A stretch of DNA of 56,747 bases from Anaerolineales bacterium (GTDB taxonomy: Bacteria > Chloroflexota > Anaerolineae > Anaerolineales > Villigracilaceae). A model generated the notes under the pieces. That model had not been told where the DNA came from and did no database searches. It saw only the letters and a list, made by a program, of their open reading frames with translations. The position numbers and the translations under genes are program-made. Numbering within the stretch: position 1 is the first letter of the stretch; every line of letters begins with the position of its first letter. Below are positions 34,751-43,058 of the stretch, one piece after another. The stretch covers positions 1-56,747 of the forward strand of contig JALHUM010000040.1 in assembly GCA_022865905.1 (NCBI GenBank). Reading direction: 5' to 3'.

Positions 34751-34901
34751 GTTTCTCTCCTCCTACAAAGAGAATGATTGGGGTTGGGTTATGGTTGCCG
34801 GTTGCGCAACCATTGTCGAGCGAGTCGGACAGTTTGGTCAAAACTAGCGATAGACCACCTCCTTTTATCGAAAACGACGGTTTCTTAGAATGTGAGGATA
34901 C

Positions 34902-34929
34902 ATTATACAGCAAATTCATAAAAATGCTA
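34902..34929 (-). promoter_or_regulatory. candidate promoter of cassette 2 (TAGCAT-16-TATAAT)
   Basis: The minus-strand TATAAT is at 34907..34902 and TAGCAT at 34929..34924. It overlaps the stop region of the radical SAM gene, and the block is conserved at 30480..30507. Confidence 0.35.
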
Positions 34930-36031
34930 CACGCGGAATCCCATGTCCTTGAAGGTTCACAGACTCAGGATTCGCTGTCCAAACCCCGGCCACCGGCGCG
35001 CCGCATTTCGGACAGGCGCCCTGCGCGGTGATCTGGTAATCCGTAATGGTGTAGGCCAGACGCCGGACGAGGGGATGATTGCACTTCGAGCAAAGGGTCG
35101 CCTCGTAATCCTCCACCCGTCCCGGCAGGTTGCCGGCATAGACGTGGCGCAGACCGGCCTCCCGTCCGATATCCGCCGCCCGGAGCAAGGTACGGGCTGG
35201 CGTCGGGTCTGGATCGGTCATCTGGTAATCCGGGTGGAAGGCCGTCACGTGCCAGGGAATGTCTGGCGAAACAGCGGCCAAGAAGCGCGCCGCCTCCCAC
35301 AGTTCCTCGTTGCTGTCGTTGAAGTCGGGCACGATCAGCGTCACCACCTCCACCCACAGCCCCATTTCGCGCGCCCGCCGGATGGTATCCAGCACGTTCT
35401 TGAGCACCCCGCCCAGCCGACGGTAGTTCTTGTCCTGCATGGATTTCAAATCTACTTTGTAGGCGCTCAGGTAGGGGCGCAAGTATTCCAGGGCTTCCGG
35501 CGTGGCGTTGCCGTTGGAGACGTAGACGCACTTCATCCCGGCCGCAACGGCCTTTTTAAAAATAGCCACCGCCCACTCGCTGGTGATTAGTGGCTCGTTG
35601 TAAGAGGAGGCAACCAATTCTGCGCCCATGCGCCGCCCGAAGGCCACGATCTGCTGTGGCGTGATCTTGCGAATGAAGTTGATGGAATCATCCGCCTGCG
35701 GGTCGCGCAACGCCTGCGAGGTCAACCAGTTCTGGCAGAAACCGCAATGGAAATCGCAGCCCAACATGCCGAAGGTCAGCGCGGTCGCGCCGGGCAGCAC
35801 GTGGAAGAACGGCTTTTTTTCGATCGGATCGGCCTGCAGACCGGCCACGTAGCCCCACGGGACGCGCAACTTCCCACCCGCGTTGAAACGCACCTGGCAG
35901 ATGCCGCGTTTACCTTCCCGGATGAGGCAGCGATGAGCACAAGCTGTGCAGCGCACTACGCCCTCTTCTTGTTTTGTGTAAAGCTCGCCCTCGATCGTCA
36001 ATTCGTCTAACATCTTTGCCAATGCCACCAT
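34916..36031 (-). CDS. AmmeMemoRadiSam-system radical SAM enzyme (PFL-activase-like)
   Basis: N-terminal CTACAHRC cluster, a radical SAM CDFHCGFCQNW motif, and a C-terminal CSKC..CPKC zinc-ribbon-like tail. Confidence 0.8.
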   Translation of the reverse strand: MVALAKMLDELTIEGELYTKQEEGVVRCTACAHRCLIREGKRGICQVRFNAGGKLRVPWGYVAGLQADPIEKKPFFHVLPGATALTFGMLGCDFHCGFCQNWLTSQALRDPQADDSINFIRKITPQQIVAFGRRMGAELVASSYNEPLITSEWAVAIFKKAVAAGMKCVYVSNGNATPEALEYLRPYLSAYKVDLKSMQDKNYRRLGGVLKNVLDTIRRAREMGLWVEVVTLIVPDFNDSNEELWEAARFLAAVSPDIPWHVTAFHPDYQMTDPDPTPARTLLRAADIGREAGLRHVYAGNLPGRVEDYEATLCSKCNHPLVRRLAYTITDYQITAQGACPKCGAPVAGVWTANPESVNLQGHGIPRVAFL

Positions 36032-36047
36032 CTCAACCTGCCTTCAA

Positions 36048-36106
36048 CCATCAGCCATCAGCTATCAGCTATCTGCCATCAGCTATCTGCCATTCGTCAT
36101 CGTCAT
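36048..36106. repeat. heptanucleotide tandem array (about 8 units, YATCAGC variant)
   Basis: CCATCAG CCATCAG CTATCAG CTATCTG CCATCAG CTATCTG CCATTCG TCATCGT. Its last unit supplies the target site of the adjacent MITE. Confidence 0.8.
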
Positions 36107-36290
36107 GTAACTACTCAGCCAGGGTGTCATTCTGCCTGCACCGTGCGCAGGCACGTGTGAGCCGCCGATGCTCTTCCGGCGGCGAAGAATCTCCTCCTAC
36201 TGGGGGGGAGACCCTTCGGTCGCACACTTGCCCTGGCATGCAAGTGCCAGGGAAGACCGCTCCCTCAGGGTGACATGCCTGAGTAGTTAC
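36107..36290. mobile_element. MITE (184 bp) with 12-bp perfect TIR GTAACTACTCAG and 8-bp TSD ATCGTCAT
   Basis: The TIRs are at 36107..36118 and 36279..36290. The direct repeat ATCGTCAT is at 36099..36106 and 36291..36298. It has no coding capacity, and ORF 36111..36311 is repeat-derived. Confidence 0.85.
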
Positions 36291-36313
36291 ATCGTCATTT
36301 ATAATACACAATT

Positions 36314-36916
36314 ATGATAACCCTGGCAATACAGGCCGGAGGCGAATCCAGCCGCATGGGAAAGGATAAAGCCCTCCTGCCCTTCCTGGGCCACCCGCTA
36401 ATTCTGCGGGTGGTGGACCGTCTCGCCGCGTTCGCGGACGAGGTCGTCGTCACGGCCAACAACCCGGCCGACTATGCTTTCCTCGGCCTGCTGCTCTTCG
36501 CGGACCTCCTGCCTGGTCGCGGCGCCCTGGGTGGACTCTACACTGCGATAAACGTCGCCAAAAACCCTCTGGTGGCCGTCGCGGCCTGCGACATGCCCTT
36601 TGCCAGCCGCGCCCTCTTCGAGTACGAACGCGACCTGCTCATCGAAACGGGCGCGGATGTGGTCATTCCATCCTCCGCCGAAGGCTTGGAACCGCTGCAC
36701 GCCGTCTATCGGCGCGCGACCTGCCTGCCTGCGATTCAAGACGCGCTGGCGGCGGGCGAGTGGAAGCTGATCGCCTGGTTCCCGGCGGTAAAGGTGCGCA
36801 TGCTCACCCCCGCAGAGACAGCTCGACACGATCCGCAAGGCCTGGCTTTTTTGAACCTGAACACGCCCGAAGAGTTCCGCCGGGCCGAACGCCTTGCAAC
36901 GGAATCGGCGACTTGA
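36314..36916 (+). CDS. mobA: molybdenum cofactor guanylyltransferase
   Basis: MITLAIQAGGESSRMGKDKALLPF.. is the N-terminal MobA signature. Also ..AACDMPF.., 200 aa. Confidence 0.8.
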   Translation: MITLAIQAGGESSRMGKDKALLPFLGHPLILRVVDRLAAFADEVVVTANNPADYAFLGLLLFADLLPGRGALGGLYTAINVAKNPLVAVAACDMPFASRALFEYERDLLIETGADVVIPSSAEGLEPLHAVYRRATCLPAIQDALAAGEWKLIAWFPAVKVRMLTPAETARHDPQGLAFLNLNTPEEFRRAERLATESAT

Positions 36917-36934
36917 TTGATCTATTGGGGTGAT

Positions 36935-38332
36935 CTATTTCTTTCCCCTCTTGCTTCTCGCCCCATGATACGCCGGCGCGGTGATCGCATAGATCGTGCA
37001 CAGGCGTGCATCCAGCATCCGCGAGCGGATTCTGGCATCTATCTCTTCGAGCGTTTCGGCGGTGGTGATGACGGTCGGCAGTTCGGCGTTGTAGCGGTAG
37101 TTGAATAACTGGTAGAGTTTTTCGCGTACCCAGGTACTCACCGACTTCGTGCTAAGGTCGTCCAGGATCAGTAATGGCGCAGTGCGGATTTCGTCGAAGC
37201 GGCGGTCATAACTGACAGTGCTCGTGGGGCTGAAAGTGGCGCGCAGGTGGTCGAACAAATCTGGCGCGGTGACGAAGATCGGCGGCGTGCCCATGCCCGC
37301 ACGGTGGTTGGCAATTGCTGCAGCCAGATGGGTTTTACCGCAGCCATAGGAACCGGTGATGACCAGCCAGCCGTTCGGCCTCTCTGCAAAGGCAACCGCG
37401 GCTTTGTTGGCTTTTTCCATTGATCTGATCTTATCCGCTTCCAGGCCCTCGTCTTCGCGCAGGGAGAAATTGGCGAAAGAGCACTTGGCAAGCAGGCCGA
37501 GGGAAGATAGATTGGGGTGGCCGGTGTCGTCGGTCGGGCGGCGGTAATCGGGGACAATGATCCGCAATACGCTAACGAGTTCAGGGTCTTTTAAACGTGA
37601 GCGGATACGATCTTCGATTTCATCGAGAGATACGTTGGCTGTAACCACCAGCGGCAGGCGATTGATGTAGCGGTAGTTGACGATCTGGAACAGTTTTTCC
37701 TGCGCCCAGGCGGTGGCGTTCTGCGTGCCGAAATCATCCAACACCAACAAAGGCGCATTGCGAATTTCATTGAAGCGATCTTCGAAAGTCGTGTCCTCGC
37801 TATTGAAGGAAAAACGCAGCAGGTCGAGCAGGTCAGGGACGGTCAGGAACAGCGTAGGCACACCCATGCCGACGGCGAAATTGGCGATGGCAGCTGCCAG
37901 GTGAGTCTTGCCGCAGCCGAAACCGCCCTGCAGGAGCAACCAGCCGTGCAGTGAGGCGGCGTACTGGCGGGCAGTGTTGTAGGCGATCTCCAGCAGATTA
38001 GCCTGCCATTCTCCCAGGCCAATCCGGCCGCGCGGCTGAAAGGTCTCGAAGGTCAGCTCTATGAGTTCGTCAAGGTGGCTCAGGGAAAAGAGCCGCTCCC
38101 GCACCGCGCGCATCACGTCCGCCCGGCGGCAGGTGCAAATTTCAAGTTTACCGAAATCGGGGTGGCCGAGCGGCAGGTCGCGGCGCAGGTAACCGGCCCC
38201 GTGACAATGGGGACAGTTCGGGTCGCCGAGGGCTTCGATAAGCCGTTCAATGTTCGATGTACTCGGCGTACTCGCCTTCGACGTACCGGCGGCCATCTTC
38301 TTGAGCGTTTTGTCTATCTTGCTTTTTGACAT
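36935..38332 (-). CDS. tandem-duplicated DnaC/DnaI (IstB-like) AAA+ helicase-loader protein with N-terminal zinc ribbon
   Basis: Zinc ribbon CPHCHG..CTC. Module 1: GGFGCGKTHLAAAIAN / LLVLDDFG / VVTAN. Module 2: GSYGCGKTHLAAAIAN / LLILDDLS / VITTA. It follows the dnaB and DnaD-domain genes. Confidence 0.8.
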   Translation of the reverse strand: MSKSKIDKTLKKMAAGTSKASTPSTSNIERLIEALGDPNCPHCHGAGYLRRDLPLGHPDFGKLEICTCRRADVMRAVRERLFSLSHLDELIELTFETFQPRGRIGLGEWQANLLEIAYNTARQYAASLHGWLLLQGGFGCGKTHLAAAIANFAVGMGVPTLFLTVPDLLDLLRFSFNSEDTTFEDRFNEIRNAPLLVLDDFGTQNATAWAQEKLFQIVNYRYINRLPLVVTANVSLDEIEDRIRSRLKDPELVSVLRIIVPDYRRPTDDTGHPNLSSLGLLAKCSFANFSLREDEGLEADKIRSMEKANKAAVAFAERPNGWLVITGSYGCGKTHLAAAIANHRAGMGTPPIFVTAPDLFDHLRATFSPTSTVSYDRRFDEIRTAPLLILDDLSTKSVSTWVREKLYQLFNYRYNAELPTVITTAETLEEIDARIRSRMLDARLCTIYAITAPAYHGARSKRGKK

Positions 38333-38942
38333 GGCCTTCCACCTTCCAACGTTTCAAAATTGCTTCCACATAACGCCAGTTGCGCTTGTTATTCTTGACG
38401 GCGATCTCCAGCGCCTCGGCCACCCACTCCGGCGCATAGGTCTGCTCGGCGTCTTTCAGGGCGTCAGCGATGAGCGGCGTCAGCGGACCGATGTTTTCCT
38501 CGTATAGCTTGAAAATATTGGGGCGTTCCGCTAGAGGCGCAGAGGGGGGACGCATGGCGGCGCGCCACTCACCCTTTTGCATGGATGCGGCGGCGGCGCG
38601 GCCGCGCGGCGTGTTCAGGAAGTAAAAGACGCCCGCCTCACTCTCGACCCCTCGATCTTCGCCTCGGGGCGACGCCCTGAGTAGGCTGCCGCGCTGGACG
38701 GCTTTTTCCAAGGCTGCATCTAAATCTGCCCCGCCCAGCCCGCGTATGAAATCGGCATCCTCGGCGAACTCAGTGCGGCACAGGAAGTGCGCCCCGCCTT
38801 CCATATGCGTGATGCGCCACAAGGCATACAGCGTGACCTTCAACTCAGCCAGGTCGTCTATCTCGTTCAATAGCTTGCGGAAGAACGAGTCGGGCACCTG
38901 GGTAAAGGTTTCGGAGCCGGTGAAACCCTGGAACATGTCCAT
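38247..38942 (-). CDS. DnaD-domain (DnaB_2) replication initiation / primosome protein
   Basis: A winged-helix-like N-terminus (..LKVTLYALWRI..) and a C-terminal DnaD domain ..NIFKLYEENIGPLTPLIADALKDAEQTYAPEWVAEALEIAVKNNKRNWRYVEAILKRW... It overlaps the longest form of the loader ORF by 86 nt. Confidence 0.7.
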   Translation of the reverse strand: MDMFQGFTGSETFTQVPDSFFRKLLNEIDDLAELKVTLYALWRITHMEGGAHFLCRTEFAEDADFIRGLGGADLDAALEKAVQRGSLLRASPRGEDRGVESEAGVFYFLNTPRGRAAAASMQKGEWRAAMRPPSAPLAERPNIFKLYEENIGPLTPLIADALKDAEQTYAPEWVAEALEIAVKNNKRNWRYVEAILKRWKVEGHVKKQDRQNAQEDGRRYVEGEYAEYIEH

Positions 38943-38971
38943 GCTCTGTTACGGCAGCCGCATGGCTACCA

Positions 38972-40480
38972 CTATTGGCTATCCTCACCCGGCGGTTCTT
39001 CGGGCGGTTTCGGTTCACGGCGTGATTTGGCGGACCGCTGAGGTTCGGCGAAGTCAATGGTGCGCGTGGCCGCGTTCTCGAACTTTGCCAGTGTGCTGCG
39101 GAAGATGAGTTCGATGCTGCCGGTCGGGCCGTTGCGGTGCTTGGCGATAATGATCTCGGCCACGTTCTGTTTGACCGTATCCTTCTCGTATTGGTCTGGG
39201 CGGTAGATGAACATGACCACGTCCGAATCCTGTTCCAAGGATCCAGATTCTCTCAAGTCTGAGAGCACCGGGCGCTTGTCAGTGCGCTGCTCGACGGCGC
39301 GGGAGAGCTGGGCGGCGGCCAGCACGGGTACGTTCAGCTCGCGTGCCAGCACCTTGAGATTGCGTGAGATATACGAGACCTCCTGGACACGGTTCTCGGT
39401 ACGGACGTCGCCGCCCATCAGTTGCAGGTAGTCCACCAGCACCAGGTCGAGGCCGAATTCCATGTGCAGGCGGCGGCACTTCGTCCGCAGTTGCAGTGGG
39501 GAGATGGCAGGCGTATCGTCCAGGAAGATGTGCGTGTCGGACAGCACTTCGACCGCCTGGGTGAAGAGCGGCCACTCGTCCTGGTTCAGCTTTCCGGTGC
39601 GCAGACGCTGGGAATCGATCCCAGTCTCCTGCGCCACCAGGCGTTGGACCACCTGTTCGTTGGACATCTCCAGCGAGAAGATGGCGACGTGTTTCTTGTG
39701 CAGCATGGCGGCGTTCTTGGCCGCCGAGAGCAGGAAGCCGGATTTTCCCTGACCGGGGCGGCCGGCAATGATGAGGAAATCGGAGGCCTGCATACCGGTG
39801 AGCATCCGGTCGAGGTCGATGAAGCCGGTTGGGACGCCGAAGATTTCCTCCGGGCGGCGGGCCAGCTCGTCAATCCGGTCGTAGTACTCGCTCAGCACCA
39901 CGGAGATCGGTTGGAGGTCGTGACGCAGTCGCCGTTGGCTGACGTCGAAAACCGATTTTTCGGCTTCCACCATCACCTGTTCGACGCTCTCGTGCTCGTC
40001 GTAGGCCAATGTGGCGATCTGGTTGGCGGCGTTGAGCATCCGGCGGCGGATGGCGGCCGCCTCCACCATGTGACCGTAGGCCTCGGCATGGAGCGAAGTG
40101 GGCACCTGGTTGAGCAGAGCGGTCAGGTAGGCCGGGCCGCCGATCTCGCCCAATTGTCCGGCGCGGTCGAGTTCCTCAGTGACGGTCAGGATGTCGAGCG
40201 GGGTGCGTTGCTCGTGCATACGGGTGAAGGCCTCCCAGATCCAGCGGAGGCGGTGGATGTAGAAATCGTCCGCCTGCAGGAACTGGGCCAAGTCGTAATA
40301 CACCTCCGGGTTAATCAACACGGCCCCCACAACAGCTTCTTCGGCTTCTCGGTTGTGGGGGATGGTGGGCATCGAGGGGAAGCTCCCTGTTGGGGGGAAG
40401 GAGATCCCTTCGACAGGCTCCTCGACAGGTTCAGGGCTTCGGCTCAGGGCAGGTTCTTCGGGAGGCGGCAGGTCGCTCAT
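38972..40480 (-). CDS. dnaB: replicative DNA helicase DnaB
   Basis: ..PHNREAEEAVVGAVL.., Walker A GRPGQGKSGF, ..IFSLEMS.., ..LVLVDYLQLM.., ..LSRAVEQR.., ..LRESGSLEQDSD... No intein. It has Pro/Glu-rich N- and C-terminal extensions. Confidence 0.95.
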   Translation of the reverse strand: MSDLPPPEEPALSRSPEPVEEPVEGISFPPTGSFPSMPTIPHNREAEEAVVGAVLINPEVYYDLAQFLQADDFYIHRLRWIWEAFTRMHEQRTPLDILTVTEELDRAGQLGEIGGPAYLTALLNQVPTSLHAEAYGHMVEAAAIRRRMLNAANQIATLAYDEHESVEQVMVEAEKSVFDVSQRRLRHDLQPISVVLSEYYDRIDELARRPEEIFGVPTGFIDLDRMLTGMQASDFLIIAGRPGQGKSGFLLSAAKNAAMLHKKHVAIFSLEMSNEQVVQRLVAQETGIDSQRLRTGKLNQDEWPLFTQAVEVLSDTHIFLDDTPAISPLQLRTKCRRLHMEFGLDLVLVDYLQLMGGDVRTENRVQEVSYISRNLKVLARELNVPVLAAAQLSRAVEQRTDKRPVLSDLRESGSLEQDSDVVMFIYRPDQYEKDTVKQNVAEIIIAKHRNGPTGSIELIFRSTLAKFENAATRTIDFAEPQRSAKSRREPKPPEEPPGEDSQ

Positions 40481-40486
40481 CGAATC

Positions 40487-41080
40487 CTATTTCTTGGGTT
40501 TTTCCTTGGGCTTGTCTTTCGGTTTGTTCTTGTCATCATGGTCATTTTTCTTGTTGTCCAGTTGACTCAAGAAATCCTCGAATACCGACAGGCGTCCATC
40601 GTCTGCTCCTACGCTTTTCACCTGGCGGGCGGAAGTGACGGAAGGCGGAGGTTCTTCCTGCTGCATGTCTCGCTCCGGGAAGATGCTGGCGGCCTCCATG
40701 ACCGCGCCGCCGACCAGGATCGGGACGTGCGCCCGCACAGCCAGGGCGATGGCGTCCGAGGGGCGCGAGTCAATGTTGACGGTCTTGCCATCCACTTCGG
40801 CGACGATGTTTCCGTAGAAGATGTCATCGCGCAGCGAGACGATCTCGACGCGCATCAGCAAGGCGTCGAAGGTGGTGAAGACGTTCTTGAGCAGATCGTG
40901 GGTCAACGGGCGGACCATCTCCACCTCTTGCAAAGCGACGGTGATGGCTTCGGCTTCGTACGGCCCGACCCAGACGGGCAGGTAGCGCTCGACTTCTTTC
41001 TGGCGCAAGATGACGATACGCTGGGGTGACATCAGGCTGACGCGCACGCTGTCAATCACAACTTCGACCATGTCAGGCAT
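40487..41080 (-). CDS. bifunctional nuclease (DUF151/BFN) family protein with Lys-rich tail
   Basis: ..RIVILRQKEVERYLPVWVGPYEAEAI..RPLTHDLL..V.IVSL.DDIFYG......GKTVNIDSRPSDAIALAVR... ATG 41080 is preferred because it follows GGAG. The longest ORF extends to 41092. Confidence 0.75.
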   Translation of the reverse strand: MPDMVEVVIDSVRVSLMSPQRIVILRQKEVERYLPVWVGPYEAEAITVALQEVEMVRPLTHDLLKNVFTTFDALLMRVEIVSLRDDIFYGNIVAEVDGKTVNIDSRPSDAIALAVRAHVPILVGGAVMEAASIFPERDMQQEEPPPSVTSARQVKSVGADDGRLSVFEDFLSQLDNKKNDHDDKNKPKDKPKEKPKK

Positions 41081-41140
41081 AACAGGCTCCACGGATACCG
41101 AATAAAGGTAATGTTAGTATCATCTCAATAAACTGGGAGC

Positions 41141-41202
41141 GGGGGTTGTGCGGGCGGTCGCGAAGCATACCCGAAGGGTGCGAAGCCGCCCGCACAACCC
41201 CC
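41141..41202. repeat. 17-bp perfect-stem hairpin (GGGGGTTGTGCGGGCGG ... CCGCCCGCACAACCCCC)
   Basis: Read directly. The 28-nt loop is itself partly self-complementary. It is the same type as the hairpin at 10395..10448. It lies downstream of the LOG-family gene and may act as its terminator. Confidence 0.7.
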
Positions 41203-41306
41203 ATCCTCCCCTACTATTGAAAAGACACTAATGTTATTCTATCACGGCGTGAGGGGTGATGCAATAAAAAAGTTCTTACCTATGGCCGTGAATCACTTCC
41301 CGCGCA

Positions 41307-41888
41307 TCATCCCTGCCGCATCCAGCGTTTGACCGCTTCCACGGGCGGCTCGTGATTTTTCATGGCATCCAGCAGCGCGCCAGGGTCCGAGGCGCATAGC
41401 AGGCTCTTCCGGTGTTCTGGGAAGACGAAGCCCTCCTTTTCAGCCCGGTCGAGCATGGCCAGCAGCGGGTCGAAGTAGCCGCCCACGTTCAGCAATCCAA
41501 CCGGCTTGGCATGGACGCCGATCTGCGCCCAGGTCAGCGTCTCGAACAGTTCGTCCAGTGTGCCGTACCCGCCTGGCAGGGCGATGTAAGCGTCGGCCAG
41601 CTTGTACATGCGCGCCTTGCGCTGTTGGATGAGCGGGGTGACTTCCATGCGCGTGACGCCGGGATGCGCCAGGGCGGGCGTGTTCATGCTCTCCACGATC
41701 ACGCCGATGACCTGGCCGCCGCTTTCTAGGACCCCGTCCGCCAGTGCGCCCATCAGCCCGGTGCGCCCGCCACCGTAGATCAGCGTTAAGCCGCGCCGGG
41801 CCAGGGTCTCGCCCATTTGACGCGCCGCGAGCAGATAGTCCGGGTGGACGTGGTCAGCCGAGCCGCAGTAAACGCAGATGGATTTCAT
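41307..41888 (-). CDS. LOG-family (TIGR00730) nucleotide phosphoribohydrolase
   Basis: ..ICVYCGS.., ..LIYGGGRTGLMGA.., ..PGGYGTLDELFE... Start at ATG 41888 (MKSICVY) after GGAGGAA. Confidence 0.85.
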   Translation of the reverse strand: MKSICVYCGSADHVHPDYLLAARQMGETLARRGLTLIYGGGRTGLMGALADGVLESGGQVIGVIVESMNTPALAHPGVTRMEVTPLIQQRKARMYKLADAYIALPGGYGTLDELFETLTWAQIGVHAKPVGLLNVGGYFDPLLAMLDRAEKEGFVFPEHRKSLLCASDPGALLDAMKNHEPPVEAVKRWMRQG

Positions 41889-41907
41889 GGATGTTTCCTC
41901 CACCTAG

Positions 41908-41953
41908 CCCCCATCCCCCCTTCCCTTGTAGGGAAGGGAGCCAGGGGGATAGG
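41908..41953. repeat. C/G-rich palindromic repeat (CCCTTCCC-TTGTA-GGGAAGGG core)
   Basis: CCCCCATCCCCCCTTCCCTTGTAGGGAAGGGAGCCAGGGGGATAGG. It is related in style to 18516..18563 and 48689..48759. Confidence 0.55.
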
Positions 41954-42024
41954 TTCGACATAGTATACTGCTATCCTTCCCAAGGCGAACAGGTTAGAGT
42001 TGCATTAGACCCGCCGTCATGCGC

Positions 42025-42054
42025 TTGACTTCAGGATAGAATGCGGCATAGAAT
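42025..42054 (+). promoter_or_regulatory. sigma70-like promoter candidate (TTGACT-18-TAGAAT)
   Basis: TTGACT at 42025..42030 and TAGAAT at 42049..42054, 22 nt upstream of the J-protein start codon. Confidence 0.45.
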
Positions 42055-42076
42055 AGTAATGTGAAAGTATAGCGGT

Positions 42077-43024
42077 ATGGATTATAAAGACTATTACAAG
42101 ATTCTTGGCGTCGAGCGTAACGCCAGCGCGGATGAGATCAAGCGCGTTTACCGTAAACTGGCGATGCAGTACCATCCGGATCGCAACCCGGGGGATAAAC
42201 GCGCCGAAGAACGATTTAAGGAAATTAACGAAGCCTACCAGGTTTTGAGCGACACCCAGAAGCGTTCCCGTTACGACCAGCTTGGCGATTCGTACTCGCA
42301 CTGGCAGCAAAGCGGCGCGCCAGGCGGATTCGACTGGTCGCAGTGGTTTAGCTCCGAAGGGCAGGGGTTCGGCAGCCAGCCTAGATCGGGCGGAACAACG
42401 GTGCAATACGGTGATCTCAATGATCTCTTCGGCGATGGCATGTTCTCGGACTTCTTTCGTGCCATCTTTGGCGGGATGGGCACCGGCCCCGTTTCACGCG
42501 GACGTGGACGCCAGCGTACCGCACCTGCCTATCAACAACCAGTGACCATCAGCCTGCGCGAGGCCTATGCGGGTACCAGCCGCCAAATCAAGATGGATCA
42601 CCGCCGCATCGAGGTAACGATCCCGGCCGGCGCGCGTAGCGGGACGAAGGTGCGCGTCGCCGGTGGCGTTCCGGCCGGCCCAGGTAGTCAAGCAGGCGAC
42701 CTCTATCTGGTGCTGGAAGTCGCCGCCGCCCCGAACTTCGAGCGGCAGGGCGATGATCTCCACACCCAGATTGGCGTCAATGTCTTTACCGCCATACTGG
42801 GTGGAGAGGTTCAGGTGGACACCTTGAGCGGCAGGGTGATCCTGACCATCCCGCCCGGGACCCAGCCGGAACAGGTTTTCCGCCTGGCCGGACGCGGCAT
42901 GCCGCAGTTGAAGAATCCGCAGGTCAAAGGCGACCTGTTCGTACGCGTCAAAGTCCAGGTGCCGCTCCAGCTCAATGCCAAACAAAAGACCTTGCTGGAA
43001 GAGGCGGCGCACCTGAAATTATAG
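42077..43024 (+). CDS. DnaJ-class co-chaperone without zinc-finger domain (CbpA-like)
   Basis: A J domain with HPD (YHPDRNPGD), a G/F-rich linker, and two C-terminal beta domains. No CxxCxGxG repeats. Confidence 0.85.
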   Translation: MDYKDYYKILGVERNASADEIKRVYRKLAMQYHPDRNPGDKRAEERFKEINEAYQVLSDTQKRSRYDQLGDSYSHWQQSGAPGGFDWSQWFSSEGQGFGSQPRSGGTTVQYGDLNDLFGDGMFSDFFRAIFGGMGTGPVSRGRGRQRTAPAYQQPVTISLREAYAGTSRQIKMDHRRIEVTIPAGARSGTKVRVAGGVPAGPGSQAGDLYLVLEVAAAPNFERQGDDLHTQIGVNVFTAILGGEVQVDTLSGRVILTIPPGTQPEQVFRLAGRGMPQLKNPQVKGDLFVRVKVQVPLQLNAKQKTLLEEAAHLKL

Positions 43025-43043
43025 TAGCTCTTCGAGCTACTAT
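43021..43043 (+). other. perfect 10-bp hairpin overlapping the stop codon (ATAGTAGCTC-TTC-GAGCTACTAT)
   Basis: Read directly. It lies in the 34-nt spacer between the J-protein and HtrA genes and is followed by TAATGGAG (SD). Confidence 0.6.
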
Positions 43044-43058
43044 AATGGAGAATAAGTT

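Noticed and set aside
36048-36106. Heptamer arrays (also 17505, 19490, 24411, 47751) as CRISPR-like arrays
   Set aside because: The units are 7 nt and directly abutting with no spacers, each array is under 100 bp, and no cas genes are present. These are simple tandem repeats.
39422-41029. Very long + strand ORF (535 aa) opposite dnaB and the nuclease gene. Similar long antisense ORFs lie at 56..955, 5550..6422, 18395..19489, 23460..24317 and 28422..29015.
   Set aside because: The translations are Arg/Gly/Ala/His-rich with no recognisable motifs. Each lies antisense to a gene with strong family signatures. This is the typical stop-codon-poor shadow frame of GC-rich DNA.
41960-42076. CIRCE or other heat-shock operator in front of the DnaJ-like/HtrA genes
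   Set aside because: No TTAGCACTC-N9-GAGTGCTAA-like inverted repeat is present. Only a sigma70-like TTGACT/TAGAAT pair was seen.
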